Positions 8,058-16,417 of a stretch of DNA of 38,968 bases are shown here, in pieces. The position numbers and the translations under genes were made by a program. The first letter of the stretch is position 1. Every line of letters starts with the position of its first letter. The notes under the pieces were generated by a model, which was not told the origin of the DNA, made no database searches, and worked only from the letters and a program-made list of their open reading frames with translations. The stretch is taken from positions 1 through 38,968 of the IMG/VR virus record IMGVR_UViG_3300017589_000088, one strand, 5' to 3'. Origin of the DNA: a virus (lineage: Duplodnaviria > Caudoviricetes).

Positions 8058-8798
8058 ATGGCGTACAAAAAGAGAACAACAGTAGCAGGAAAAGCTAAGT
8101 TTGTATACTGGTATCATACTGCCAGAAATAACTCACCCAAAAGACCAAGAAAGAAAAATGAAAATATTACATCAGAACAGCAGAGAAAAAATAATGAACG
8201 TAGAGCATGTGAAAAAATAGAAATAATTATTAATGCCAATTTTAAAGAAGATGACCTATATATGACACTTACTCATGGTAGTGACAGAAAAGAGCCAACA
8301 CCGCAAGAAGCAAAAATAATCATTAAAAAATATCTTGATGGATTACGTTATCTATATGAAAAAAACGGATTTAAACTTAAATACATAGGTACCACAGAGC
8401 ACGTTAAGGGGCGTATGCACCATCACCTTTTAATAAATAATGTTGGAATTAGTAATAAGCTGATTAAAAAGTCATGGGGCTTTGGCTTTATAAAAATACA
8501 ATTGTTCGCCGGAGAGCCAGAAGACGCAGAACGGGTAGCGGCATATTTTATTAAAGAGAGTAATAACACCTTTAATACTACTGAAAGAGTACACGGAAGG
8601 CGTTATATCAGTAGCAGAAAATTAATTCATCCAAAACCGAAATTAGAAACAGTATCAGCAAGCACTTGGCGTGAAGAAGTGAAACCAAGTAAAGGGTATT
8701 ACATATCAGTAGATAAGCGGGGAGAGACGGCAGATGGATATCCATATCGATTTTGTCGAATGATTAAAATTCCATGTGATGAAAAACTTCTTTTATAA
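8058..8798 (+). CDS. HUH-endonuclease rolling-circle replication initiator-like protein
   Basis: Motif I YMTLTH, motif II HHHLLIN, motif III AAYFIKE in canonical order; adjacent to ssb. Confidence 0.8.
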   Translation: MAYKKRTTVAGKAKFVYWYHTARNNSPKRPRKKNENITSEQQRKNNERRACEKIEIIINANFKEDDLYMTLTHGSDRKEPTPQEAKIIIKKYLDGLRYLYEKNGFKLKYIGTTEHVKGRMHHHLLINNVGISNKLIKKSWGFGFIKIQLFAGEPEDAERVAAYFIKESNNTFNTTERVHGRRYISSRKLIHPKPKLETVSASTWREEVKPSKGYYISVDKRGETADGYPYRFCRMIKIPCDEKLLL

Positions 8799-8889
8799 GT
8801 CTTTAATTACATGTTATCAGATATTTTTGTCAGATAGTTTACCGTTATTCCGACAAGCTCAGGGGCAAAAAGAAAAGGGGAAGATAAAA

Positions 8890-9294
8890 TTGAACAAAGT
8901 AATATTAGTAGGGCGTTTAACCCGTGATCCTGAGGTCCGTTACACCCAAAAAGGTAAAGCAGTAGCTTCTTTTAGTGTGGCCGTTGATACCGGCTATGGT
9001 GAGAATAAACGTGCAGATTTTATTCCTATCGTAGTGTGGGACAAGTTGGCCGAAGTATGCGGTAACAATCTTACAAAGGGGCGTCGTGTCCTGGTAGAAG
9101 GACGTTTGCAAATTAGTCAATACGAAAAAGATGGCCAAAAGCGACGGTCAGCTGAAGTCGTTGCCCAAAGCATTGAGTTCTTGGATACGAAAGCAGCAGT
9201 TCAGACAAGCACACCTCCAAAAGATAGTGAAGATCATGCAGGAGCCATGGGAACTGAAGTTTATCCGGACTCAGATGAAGAAATCCCTTTTTAA
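8890..9294 (+). CDS. ssb: Single-stranded DNA-binding protein
   Basis: TTG start; NKVILVGRLTRDPEVRYT...VLVEGRLQ; acidic DEEIPF tip. Confidence 0.97.
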   Translation: MNKVILVGRLTRDPEVRYTQKGKAVASFSVAVDTGYGENKRADFIPIVVWDKLAEVCGNNLTKGRRVLVEGRLQISQYEKDGQKRRSAEVVAQSIEFLDTKAAVQTSTPPKDSEDHAGAMGTEVYPDSDEEIPF

Positions 9295-9394
9295 CTAAGC
9301 TCCCAAGGCAGCAACGGAATATAAAGAAGGCGAAAAATCTTATGCAGCGGGGGCAGGGTAAAACAATGGCGGTTGTACGCAAGGAGGAATAACC

Positions 9395-9487
9395 GTGGAG
9401 CTGTTACTGATCTATGTAATTGGTTCAGTAGTGAGTAATTTTTGGGCATGGAGGAATGGCAATGCGTCAGATAAGTGCCAGAAGTAG
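9395..9487 (+). CDS. 30 aa hydrophobic micropeptide
   Basis: AAGGAGGA + GTG; MELLLIYVIGSVVSNFWAWRNGNASDKCQK*. Confidence 0.5.
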   Translation: MELLLIYVIGSVVSNFWAWRNGNASDKCQK

Positions 9488-9578
9488 TTGGAAATGGATA
9501 CGGCGTAACTATCGTATTCTGGCCTGTATAAATTATTCGGATGGCAGGCGTGAGGTAATTATGGGGAGGCCGGGATAA
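9462..9578 (+). CDS. 38 aa basic micropeptide
   Basis: GGAGGA + ATG; MRQISARSSWKWIRRNYR...; TAATG coupling to the next gene. Confidence 0.55.
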   Translation: MRQISARSSWKWIRRNYRILACINYSDGRREVIMGRPG

Positions 9579-10390
9579 TGGACGTATATGACAATGGGAT
9601 ACCAAAATATTCAACAGCGCAGGATATTTACGATGCACTATGCGAGTTAGTGCAAACGGAAGAAATGAATATTTTATCAGAAATCGGAGTTGATGTTAGC
9701 TGGGAAAATCAGACGTACTATTACACAAACAAAGGTAATACACTCAAAGAAAAATTTGAGGAATTGAGCGAGTACGGAGAAAAGATGTGGCTGATTAATT
9801 TGGCTATTTTTCAAATGGGTTATAACGAGAATTATATGACCCACGATATCGTATATGAAGCACTCTTTAATCCAGACATGGCAAAGCGCATAGGATTTAA
9901 AAAATTGTTCATAGAGAAAATGCTAAGCGGCGATGGGAAGAATTACGAAAAAATAACAGAAGATTTTATTGCAGAGTTGGATAAACTCAATCGCTTTGAC
10001 CATTATGAAATGATAAAAATATTTAATAAAATAGCAAGCGAAAATAGCAGATCACTATACGGTTTTACGCCATATCCTACCTTTTCATATTGCCTCAAAG
10101 ATAAAATACAGAATTTAAAATTACTGAATGAAATAAAGTTGATAACGGAGTGCAAAGCACACTTAACAGCTTATGATGATTTTATATTTGGACTGCGTGT
10201 AAACCAAGCCCTCCATGAGCGGCAGGAACAGAGTTATCAAATAAAAGTAGCGCAATTACGGGCTGCCTATGATGAAAAGCTCAAGCATTTACTCATGGTT
10301 GCTGATCGGGTTGGATTGCTCCCGGCATTAAATGCAGAATTACAACCATTACCGTTTTTAGAAAAGGGGGTGGGTAAACATGGATATTGA
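9578..10390 (+). CDS. Hypothetical protein
   Basis: 270 aa ORF, RBS GGGAGG. Confidence 0.8.
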   Translation: MDVYDNGIPKYSTAQDIYDALCELVQTEEMNILSEIGVDVSWENQTYYYTNKGNTLKEKFEELSEYGEKMWLINLAIFQMGYNENYMTHDIVYEALFNPDMAKRIGFKKLFIEKMLSGDGKNYEKITEDFIAELDKLNRFDHYEMIKIFNKIASENSRSLYGFTPYPTFSYCLKDKIQNLKLLNEIKLITECKAHLTAYDDFIFGLRVNQALHERQEQSYQIKVAQLRAAYDEKLKHLLMVADRVGLLPALNAELQPLPFLEKGVGKHGY

Positions 10391-10619
10391 AACCGTAGCT
10401 ATCAGACAATGGAAAGGTTGTTGGCAAGGGGAAGAAAAACTTTTCAAGCAAGCGGTTCCTGCTGGTGGGTATGTGGTTACCTTTCATAGAGGTCTAGACT
10501 GCCTATATAAAGCCGAGCATTATAATACCATCGAAGAAATTAAGGAAAAGTACCCACAATACATTTGGATGATGCCAGATCCAATGGACCCATCAGATAT
10601 TGTACTAGTCGGTATATAA
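10380..10619 (+). CDS. Hypothetical protein
   Basis: 79 aa, overlaps the previous gene, RBS present. Confidence 0.7.
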   Translation: MDIETVAIRQWKGCWQGEEKLFKQAVPAGGYVVTFHRGLDCLYKAEHYNTIEEIKEKYPQYIWMMPDPMDPSDIVLVGI

Positions 10620-10633
10620 AGGGGGCGGGATAA

Positions 10634-11023
10634 ATGCAAGTTGATTATAAAAATAAATGCGGTACATGCATCTACATAAATCCGACCATTAAAGGTAAAT
10701 ATGGTGAATGTACTCGATTCCCTAGTAGGGGGTTAGGGTGGTTATCGTTATCGCGGGTAAAATGTCGTGATTACAAATTTAACGAAAAAGCTTACTGTCA
10801 ATGCGGAATATTTATTCAAGCTGGTTGGAATTATTGTGCTAAATGCGGACAAATACTGGGAGGCATAATCAGTAATGAGTTAGTTTTACGGCGGGCATTA
10901 GAATTCTACGCCATCAAAGATCATCATGAGCAGTATTATATTGGCAATGGTGAGCCAGCTATATTAGAAGATGCCGGGAAGATCGCTAGGGTGGCACTAG
11001 GGCAGGAGGTAGTTGAATGCTAA
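10634..11023 (+). CDS. Cys-rich zinc-ribbon hypothetical protein
   Basis: CGTC..C..C and CQCG...YCAKCG. Confidence 0.7.
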   Translation: MQVDYKNKCGTCIYINPTIKGKYGECTRFPSRGLGWLSLSRVKCRDYKFNEKAYCQCGIFIQAGWNYCAKCGQILGGIISNELVLRRALEFYAIKDHHEQYYIGNGEPAILEDAGKIARVALGQEVVEC

Positions 11024-11253
11024 GTGATCCATACCCAAGCAAAGGAACAGCCCGGAGCGATGCAAAAATTTATGCTGCACAGAATGGATTGACTAATTTT
11101 ATCTTGCTGGTGGATGTAGAAAATCGAAAATATCATTTCTCTAATGAGAAGATAAAGCCCGAATCAAAGATGATAGTATTTGGCAGATATAAGTTTAGCA
11201 AGGGAAAATGGTTGGAGAAACCTCTAGCCAAGGACGTTAAGAAGGAGGCATAA
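11017..11253 (+). CDS. Hypothetical protein
   Basis: RBS AGGAGG, coupled to the previous gene. Confidence 0.7.
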   Translation: MLSDPYPSKGTARSDAKIYAAQNGLTNFILLVDVENRKYHFSNEKIKPESKMIVFGRYKFSKGKWLEKPLAKDVKKEA

Positions 11254-11256
11254 CCA

Positions 11257-11763
11257 GTGTATGAAAATGATGATCACCTAGTAAAGGTAAGTAACGTAAT
11301 TAAGATCGTTCAAGCAATTGGGCGTTTCGCACTCTTTGAAATTGAATCATTCGCCAATTTACTAGTAACCAGTCATTTTATCCTCAGCATAAACGAAGAT
11401 CAGTTTTGGAGCGTTCAATGCAAGCTCGAAGCAAAAAAGAGAAATGTTTGGTTTTATAAACACAAAGACGGCTTAACTGAATGCGTGGGGCAGAGCCTAG
11501 AAGATGTAAAGAAATTATATACGGACTTACTCACAGCTGATCTAGAAGAAATAACACGAACAAACTTATACCTGGGGGGGATAGAACTATATGTCCACGA
11601 TAGCCAGTATATCGGAATTCCGCGTAGGCAAATTGAAATGCTAGACTATCAGCCAGTAATACAAAAGGCAGTAGATAGAACTAGTGTAGTAGTTGATAAA
11701 GTCCATATCTACACGCCAGTATCAAAAGAAAGCATTATCAATAGTTTTATAAAACCATTATGA
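11257..11763 (+). CDS. Hypothetical protein
   Basis: GTG after AAGGAGG. Confidence 0.75.
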   Translation: MYENDDHLVKVSNVIKIVQAIGRFALFEIESFANLLVTSHFILSINEDQFWSVQCKLEAKKRNVWFYKHKDGLTECVGQSLEDVKKLYTDLLTADLEEITRTNLYLGGIELYVHDSQYIGIPRRQIEMLDYQPVIQKAVDRTSVVVDKVHIYTPVSKESIINSFIKPL

Positions 11764-11777
11764 AAGGTGGAATAACA

Positions 11778-12536
11778 ATGAACACTATATCAATTCTCAA
11801 CCTTAAAGGGGGCGTGGCAAAGACCATAACCTCCATAAACATGGCCCATATACTAGCTACTGTCTACGGCATGAGGGTACTGCTCATAGATAATGACAAG
11901 CAGGGGAATACATCAAAGTTTTTTAAACTATACAACTATGAAATACTGAGCATGGCCGATGTGCTAACTGAAAAGAAGATCGATCTTCACAAAGTCATTC
12001 ATCACACGCAATATGACAAACTCGACGTTATCAGTGCAAATATGAATCTGCTAAATGCTAATTTAAAAATCATCATGGATGTATCACGACAGCAGCAAAC
12101 AATACTAAAAAAAGCCTTACAGCAAGTTGAGATGGAATATGACTATTGCATCATAGATAATGCCCCAGATATTAATATTAGCGTAATAAATAGTTTGGTT
12201 GCCTCCGATGAAGTCATAGTGCCAATAAAAATAGACCAATTCAGCTTTGATGGTCTTGATCAATTAATTGAGCAGTTTGAAGATATAAGGGAATTAAATC
12301 CAAAACTAAATTTCAAAGGTTGCCTAGTAACTCAATACGCTAAGAATGATGTGAATATACAAGGAGAAGCCCATTTAAACAACCAAAAGCAATATCCGAT
12401 GTTTGCCACTCATATCCGAAGAACTGAAAAAATAGATGAAAGTACATTTACAAGCCAGCCAATCATGGAGTACTCACAACGGTGTGGTGCGGCCAAAGAT
12501 TATCTAAGTTTTGTAAAAGAGTACCTGGGAGAATAA
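11778..12536 (+). CDS. parA: ParA/Soj family ATPase
   Basis: Deviant Walker A KGGVAKT, VLLIDNDKQGN, YDYCIIDNAP. Confidence 0.95.
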   Translation: MNTISILNLKGGVAKTITSINMAHILATVYGMRVLLIDNDKQGNTSKFFKLYNYEILSMADVLTEKKIDLHKVIHHTQYDKLDVISANMNLLNANLKIIMDVSRQQQTILKKALQQVEMEYDYCIIDNAPDINISVINSLVASDEVIVPIKIDQFSFDGLDQLIEQFEDIRELNPKLNFKGCLVTQYAKNDVNIQGEAHLNNQKQYPMFATHIRRTEKIDESTFTSQPIMEYSQRCGAAKDYLSFVKEYLGE

Positions 12537-12537
12537 A

Positions 12538-12562
12538 AAATGTGTCCAACTTGGACACATTT
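12538..12562. promoter_or_regulatory. Perfect palindrome, candidate parS or operator
   Basis: AAATGTGTCCAA-C-TTGGACACATTT between parA and parB. Confidence 0.6.
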
Positions 12563-12579
12563 GCAAAAAGGGGGGTAGA

Positions 12580-13557
12580 GTGGTGGCAAAAGGGAAATTT
12601 AGTCTAACCGATCTATTAAATTCAAACTCAAAGACCATCGAAAACGCCAATGGTACTTTCGACAATATAACAGGGGCGGGTAATGATTTTAAAATAGATT
12701 TTATAAGTGTCCACAACTTAGAGCCATCATCGGATAACTTTTACTCAATGGAAGACGTTGCTGACCTGAAGGACTCAATAGAGCTACTAGGAGTACAGCA
12801 GAATTTAACAGTTGTACCGTTACCAGGAATTGATAAATATAAAATTATTGCAGGTCATCGTCGCAGGTTAGCCAGCCTTCGCCTGGTGGAAGAAGGGAAA
12901 ATACAATTTGAAATAGTTCCTTGCCGCATAAGAACAAATCTTGATGAGATAAAAGAACAAATTTTATTGATTTACACTAACTCGACTACGCGGAAATTGA
13001 GCAACTGGGAACAGATAGAACAATTAGTAAGGCTTAAAAACCTTCTAAAAGAGTATAAGAAAACTCATGAACTACCAGGGAGGATTCGGGAACTACTGGC
13101 AGAAACACTGAATATGTCTGTTAGCCAAGTCGGCAGGCTTGAAAGCATCAATGACAACCTGACCGTAGAATTCAAAGAAGAATTAAAACAGAATAATATA
13201 AAGTTTTCCACCGCTGCTGAACTATCAAGAATGCCAATAGCGGATCAAAAAGCAGTCTATGAACAGCATCAGGAAAAAGGATCAACAAAACTAAAAGATG
13301 TAAAAAAGGTCAAACACCCCAAGGATGAACTTTTTATCGATTCATCACAGGTAACCATAGCTGCAGTAAAGAAAATTAAGGGTCTGTTAGAAGGGCAGCT
13401 GAATATGGCAAGTCTTAGCCGAGTGCAGGAACTAAAGATAAAAACCGAAGAAAAGACTGAAATCACGGAGCGTATGCGGATATTGATGTTATTAATAAAA
13501 ACAGTCGAGAAAGAAGCATTTGAAGTTCTAGGAGGTAATATTTTTGAAGGGAAATAA
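12580..13557 (+). CDS. parB: ParB/RepB/Spo0J family partition protein
   Basis: LKDSIELLGVQQNLTV, YKIIAGHRRRLA arginine patch, HTH LAETLNMSVSQVGR. Confidence 0.93.
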   Translation: MVAKGKFSLTDLLNSNSKTIENANGTFDNITGAGNDFKIDFISVHNLEPSSDNFYSMEDVADLKDSIELLGVQQNLTVVPLPGIDKYKIIAGHRRRLASLRLVEEGKIQFEIVPCRIRTNLDEIKEQILLIYTNSTTRKLSNWEQIEQLVRLKNLLKEYKKTHELPGRIRELLAETLNMSVSQVGRLESINDNLTVEFKEELKQNNIKFSTAAELSRMPIADQKAVYEQHQEKGSTKLKDVKKVKHPKDELFIDSSQVTIAAVKKIKGLLEGQLNMASLSRVQELKIKTEEKTEITERMRILMLLIKTVEKEAFEVLGGNIFEGK

Positions 13558-13578
13558 ATGGGCGGGAGGATTATTATA

Positions 13579-14154
13579 ATGGCAATGAGTAAAGAACAAT
13601 TAACGGAGATCATTGGGCGGGTAGAGAAAGCAAGTAAAATAATGCGATTGCGAAAAAAGAATTTATTAAATAACTTTATTTTATTTGATCCGCGTAGTTT
13701 GACTAAATTGCAAAATGAATGCGATTATTGGAAAGCTAGAGCAGAAGGTGAACAACTAGCGCGACAAGCGGTACAGGAAGAATTTGTCGATCTTCGCACC
13801 AAACTGGGAAAAGTAGAGAGAGTGTGTGATGAGCTACGACAAGCACTTAAACCCACTATTAGTCATGACATGATTATAGATGCTCGTAGAGAATGTGACG
13901 AACTATCCGGGAAAAATGGACAGTTGGAATCTAATATTGCGAAATTGCGTAACGTTTTGGAATATATTCAGAACGAAGTAAAAGAGGGGTATGGAAAAAA
14001 CGGACGTATAAAATACGTGGTGCATCAAGCCCTTTCTGCTATACCTCCACTTCAACCAAATATTTGTGCAACTTGCTTACAGGATTGCAAGTTTGACACA
14101 ATAGATCCAGCAAAATGTAATGCTTATATCAACAATAAAGACAATAAAATTTAA
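13579..14154 (+). CDS. Coiled-coil hypothetical protein with C-terminal Cys cluster
   Basis: ATG at 13579 after GGGAGGA. Confidence 0.7.
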   Translation: MAMSKEQLTEIIGRVEKASKIMRLRKKNLLNNFILFDPRSLTKLQNECDYWKARAEGEQLARQAVQEEFVDLRTKLGKVERVCDELRQALKPTISHDMIIDARRECDELSGKNGQLESNIAKLRNVLEYIQNEVKEGYGKNGRIKYVVHQALSAIPPLQPNICATCLQDCKFDTIDPAKCNAYINNKDNKI

Positions 14155-14165
14155 TAATTTATAAA

Positions 14166-14190
14166 AGGGAGGCTAAGACCTCCCTATTGG
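14166..14190. terminator. Hairpin, possible terminator
   Basis: AGGGAGG-CTAAGA-CCTCCCT. Confidence 0.5.
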
Positions 14191-14228
14191 TGTATTTAAT
14201 AATAATTGATTTTGTGGGGGTATAACGG

Positions 14229-14534
14229 ATGGCTAAAATAAAACCAGAGCTTATATCTAATAAGTGTAATTTTTGCGGAGAACAGTTGGTACCGGATAAA
14301 TATGATTTTTATATTTGCATAGGTTGCGGTGGTCAGGCTTGTCCTCCTAATGATTCAAAGAGAGAAATTAAAAAGCAGATACTTGATGCTATGGCCTTGA
14401 ATCATCTTGTATCAGATCCAGTTATGCGTGTAAAGAGTCATACATGCGGAAGTAAAAGCAAGGGGAAAAGTAGTAAATATGCAATGCAAAAACCAAGTAC
14501 AACAAATTTATATAATATTTTATGTGTAAAATAG
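14229..14534 (+). CDS. Zinc-ribbon protein
   Basis: CNFCG...CIGCG; basic C-terminus. Confidence 0.7.
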   Translation: MAKIKPELISNKCNFCGEQLVPDKYDFYICIGCGGQACPPNDSKREIKKQILDAMALNHLVSDPVMRVKSHTCGSKSKGKSSKYAMQKPSTTNLYNILCVK

Positions 14535-14535
14535 C

Positions 14536-14564
14536 TTGAAATGCTATTGACAAAGTGCTAGAAT
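14536..14564 (+). promoter_or_regulatory. SigA-type promoter, candidate late promoter
   Basis: TTGAAA-N17-TAGAAT with TG extension. Confidence 0.55.
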
Positions 14565-14575
14565 AAGCCTGTACG

Positions 14576-14604
14576 GGTGTGTCCATTTAGGACATACCTT
14601 TTTT
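14576..14604 (+). terminator. Intrinsic terminator immediately after the promoter
   Basis: GGTGTGTCC-ATTTA-GGACATACC + T tract. Confidence 0.65.
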
Positions 14605-14638
14605 ATTAGAGTATTAAACGTTATTTGAGATCTTTATT

Positions 14639-14666
14639 GCAGGGATTTGTTACCTTTTATCGAAAT
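14639..14666 (+). promoter_or_regulatory. SigH-like promoter
   Basis: GCAGG-N17-CGAAAT. Confidence 0.5.
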
Positions 14667-14699
14667 GAATACTAATTTGATAAAGGGGATACTGTTATA

Positions 14700-15008
14700 T
14701 TGAAACGTCGAAACGACACGAAAAAATATTGTAGCCTTCATAATAAATATGAAAATATGAGCAATTCTAAAAGGAATATTGAGTGGGCGCATTACCAATA
14801 TCAAAAAGATATTTATCCTGCAATTGGCTTATATATTTCGCTAGGTGTAACAGCTGTTAGTAACATCTTGAAAGATAATGAATTATTATTGCCTGCAATA
14901 GGGACTTTTGCAGGTATGGTGCTATATATAGCATTTATCATAAAAGAAGCTTCAATGAATTTGTCAGTTATTAAAGATATCGAGAAGGAAGAAACCTTAA
15001 AAAAATGA
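14700..15008 (+). CDS. Two-TM membrane protein (moron-like)
   Basis: Hydrophobic segments IYPAIGLYISLGVTAV and LLLPAIGTFAGMVLYIAFII; AT-rich; own promoter and terminator. Confidence 0.65.
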   Translation: MKRRNDTKKYCSLHNKYENMSNSKRNIEWAHYQYQKDIYPAIGLYISLGVTAVSNILKDNELLLPAIGTFAGMVLYIAFIIKEASMNLSVIKDIEKEETLKK

Positions 15009-15020
15009 AATGACTTTCCT

Positions 15021-15044
15021 AACGCTCTTGAGAGAGCGTTTTTC
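15021..15044 (+). terminator. Intrinsic terminator
   Basis: AACGCTCT-TGAG-AGAGCGTT-TTT. Confidence 0.75.
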
Positions 15045-15080
15045 TTATGCCCATTTCAAATACAACGTGGAGGTGTATAT

Positions 15081-15287
15081 ATGCCAACCGTAGATTGTTC
15101 ATTGACTGATTGTCGCAAACATGGAGTTGAAATTTGTATCGCTAAACATGTGAGTTGGAAAGGGGGAGAGTGTTCTGAATATGATCCGAAGGGTAGTAAA
15201 AATGTACTTGCTCCACCATTTAAAGCTAACTGTGAGAAAAGCAATAGAGGTTACAGATCTAGTCGGGTGACTGGAGTTTTAAAATAA
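15081..15287 (+). CDS. Small Cys-rich protein (DUF1540-like)
   Basis: V.C....C.......C.A..V......C..Y spacing; RBS GGAGGTG. Confidence 0.55.
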   Translation: MPTVDCSLTDCRKHGVEICIAKHVSWKGGECSEYDPKGSKNVLAPPFKANCEKSNRGYRSSRVTGVLK

Positions 15288-15607
15288 TGCTAGAAAAGAT
15301 AAAGCCGCGTAATCACAAACTAATAAAAGAATTTAGAAAAGAACATGACTGTTGCGAAAGATGCGGCAGTCATGTTCTTTTAGAAGTTGCCCATATTACA
15401 GGAAAAGGCGCCGGTGGGCCAGATATAAGAGAAAACATATTAATGCTTTGTGGTCCAGCGTGTATGAGTCAAGGGTGTCATGGAGCTGATCACCGGGGAG
15501 AAATACCAAAAGAAGAATTATATGAGATCGCTGGATGTCGTGAAGGATTAACAGGTGAAGAATGTAGGATAGCTACGAGACAGGCTATGGGGTATAACGT
15601 ATATTAA
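15287..15607 (+). CDS. HNH endonuclease-like protein
   Basis: CERCG...EVAHI..KGAGGPD..ENILMLC...CH...H; lies upstream of the packaging module. Confidence 0.8.
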   Translation: MLEKIKPRNHKLIKEFRKEHDCCERCGSHVLLEVAHITGKGAGGPDIRENILMLCGPACMSQGCHGADHRGEIPKEELYEIAGCREGLTGEECRIATRQAMGYNVY

Positions 15608-15644
15608 AAGACCAGCTACACATTATTCAATGGTGCTGGTCTTT
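15608..15644. terminator. Bidirectional terminator between convergent genes
   Basis: AAAGACCAGC...GCTGGTCTTT stem. Confidence 0.65.
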
Positions 15645-15650
15645 AGGTAT

Positions 15651-16208
15651 CTAAGATTCAATTTCCTTCACTCGATTATACCAAGTACTCTTATTATAAC
15701 CAGCCATGTTCATAGCTGCTACGGCAGTTATTTCTTTAAGTTTCCATTTTTTATAGGCTTCCATAAATTTCTCATTGACCTCTAGTTTGGGCCTGCCGTA
15801 GGGGCGACCTTCTGCTAATGCAATATCAATGCCTTCGCGCTGGCGTTCCTTACTACATTCACGCTCAAACTGATAGATAGCACCAAAAACATTAAGTTGC
15901 AACCGACCAGCTGGCGTTGTAGTATCGATGTTTTCCTTCAAACTAACGAAGCCAATACCTTTCTTAGTTAGTTGATCTATGATAGTTAATAAATCAAGCA
16001 TGTTACGAGCTAAGCGACTAAAACTTTCAACATAGATTGTGTCGCCTTCCCTTGCAAAATCTAGCATAGCTTGTAATTGTGCTCTGTTGGTGTCTTTGCC
16101 ACTTAGCTTGTCCTCATAAAACCTTTCGATATCATGAATTTTCATGGCTTCTAATTGTCTAGCAACATTCTGCTCTTTAGTTGATACGCGGATATAAGCT
16201 ATACGCAT
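15651..16208 (-). CDS. Small serine recombinase (resolvase/invertase family)
   Basis: YIRVST catalytic Ser, DKLSGK...R, SRLARN, ERQREGI, GR.YGRP, C-terminal HTH. Confidence 0.95.
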   Translation of the reverse strand: MRIAYIRVSTKEQNVARQLEAMKIHDIERFYEDKLSGKDTNRAQLQAMLDFAREGDTIYVESFSRLARNMLDLLTIIDQLTKKGIGFVSLKENIDTTTPAGRLQLNVFGAIYQFERECSKERQREGIDIALAEGRPYGRPKLEVNEKFMEAYKKWKLKEITAVAAMNMAGYNKSTWYNRVKEIES

Positions 16209-16244
16209 CTTCAAAATCTCCCATTCAATGAATATCCTACCAAT

Positions 16245-16382
16245 AATATATCATTTACGTCTTTAAAAGTCAAAGTTAATTAATGAACGTCTTATAATAA
16301 TACAACCAGATTAATGGACAGTTTGAAGTCAACAAGAATTTTTAAATAAAGTAATCTATAAAAGCCTACTTTAATGGACAGT
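16245..16382. promoter_or_regulatory. res-like site overlapping the resolvase promoter
   Basis: Repeated half-sites TTAATGAACG and TTAATGGACAGT (x2) with partially inverted partners; minus-strand TTGACT-N17-TATATT (16245-16273). Confidence 0.6.
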
Positions 16383-16417
16383 GACTCTAGATTTAAAATT
16401 AACTGGGGGTGAGAGCA

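Noticed and set aside
8058-8798. IS200/IS91 HUH transposase
   Set aside because: No TnpB or IS ends seen; motif layout and ssb context fit a replication initiator
8776-8889. N-terminal extension of SSB in the ORF track
   Set aside because: SSB homology and RBS point to TTG at 8890
9291-9638. 115 aa minus-strand ORF
   Set aside because: Region better explained by RBS-bearing plus-strand micro-ORFs
15651-16208. Tail-fibre invertase/shufflon
   Set aside because: About 19 kb from the fibre genes; no inverted fibre cassettes or flanking inverted crossover sites seen; multi-subsite res fits a resolvase
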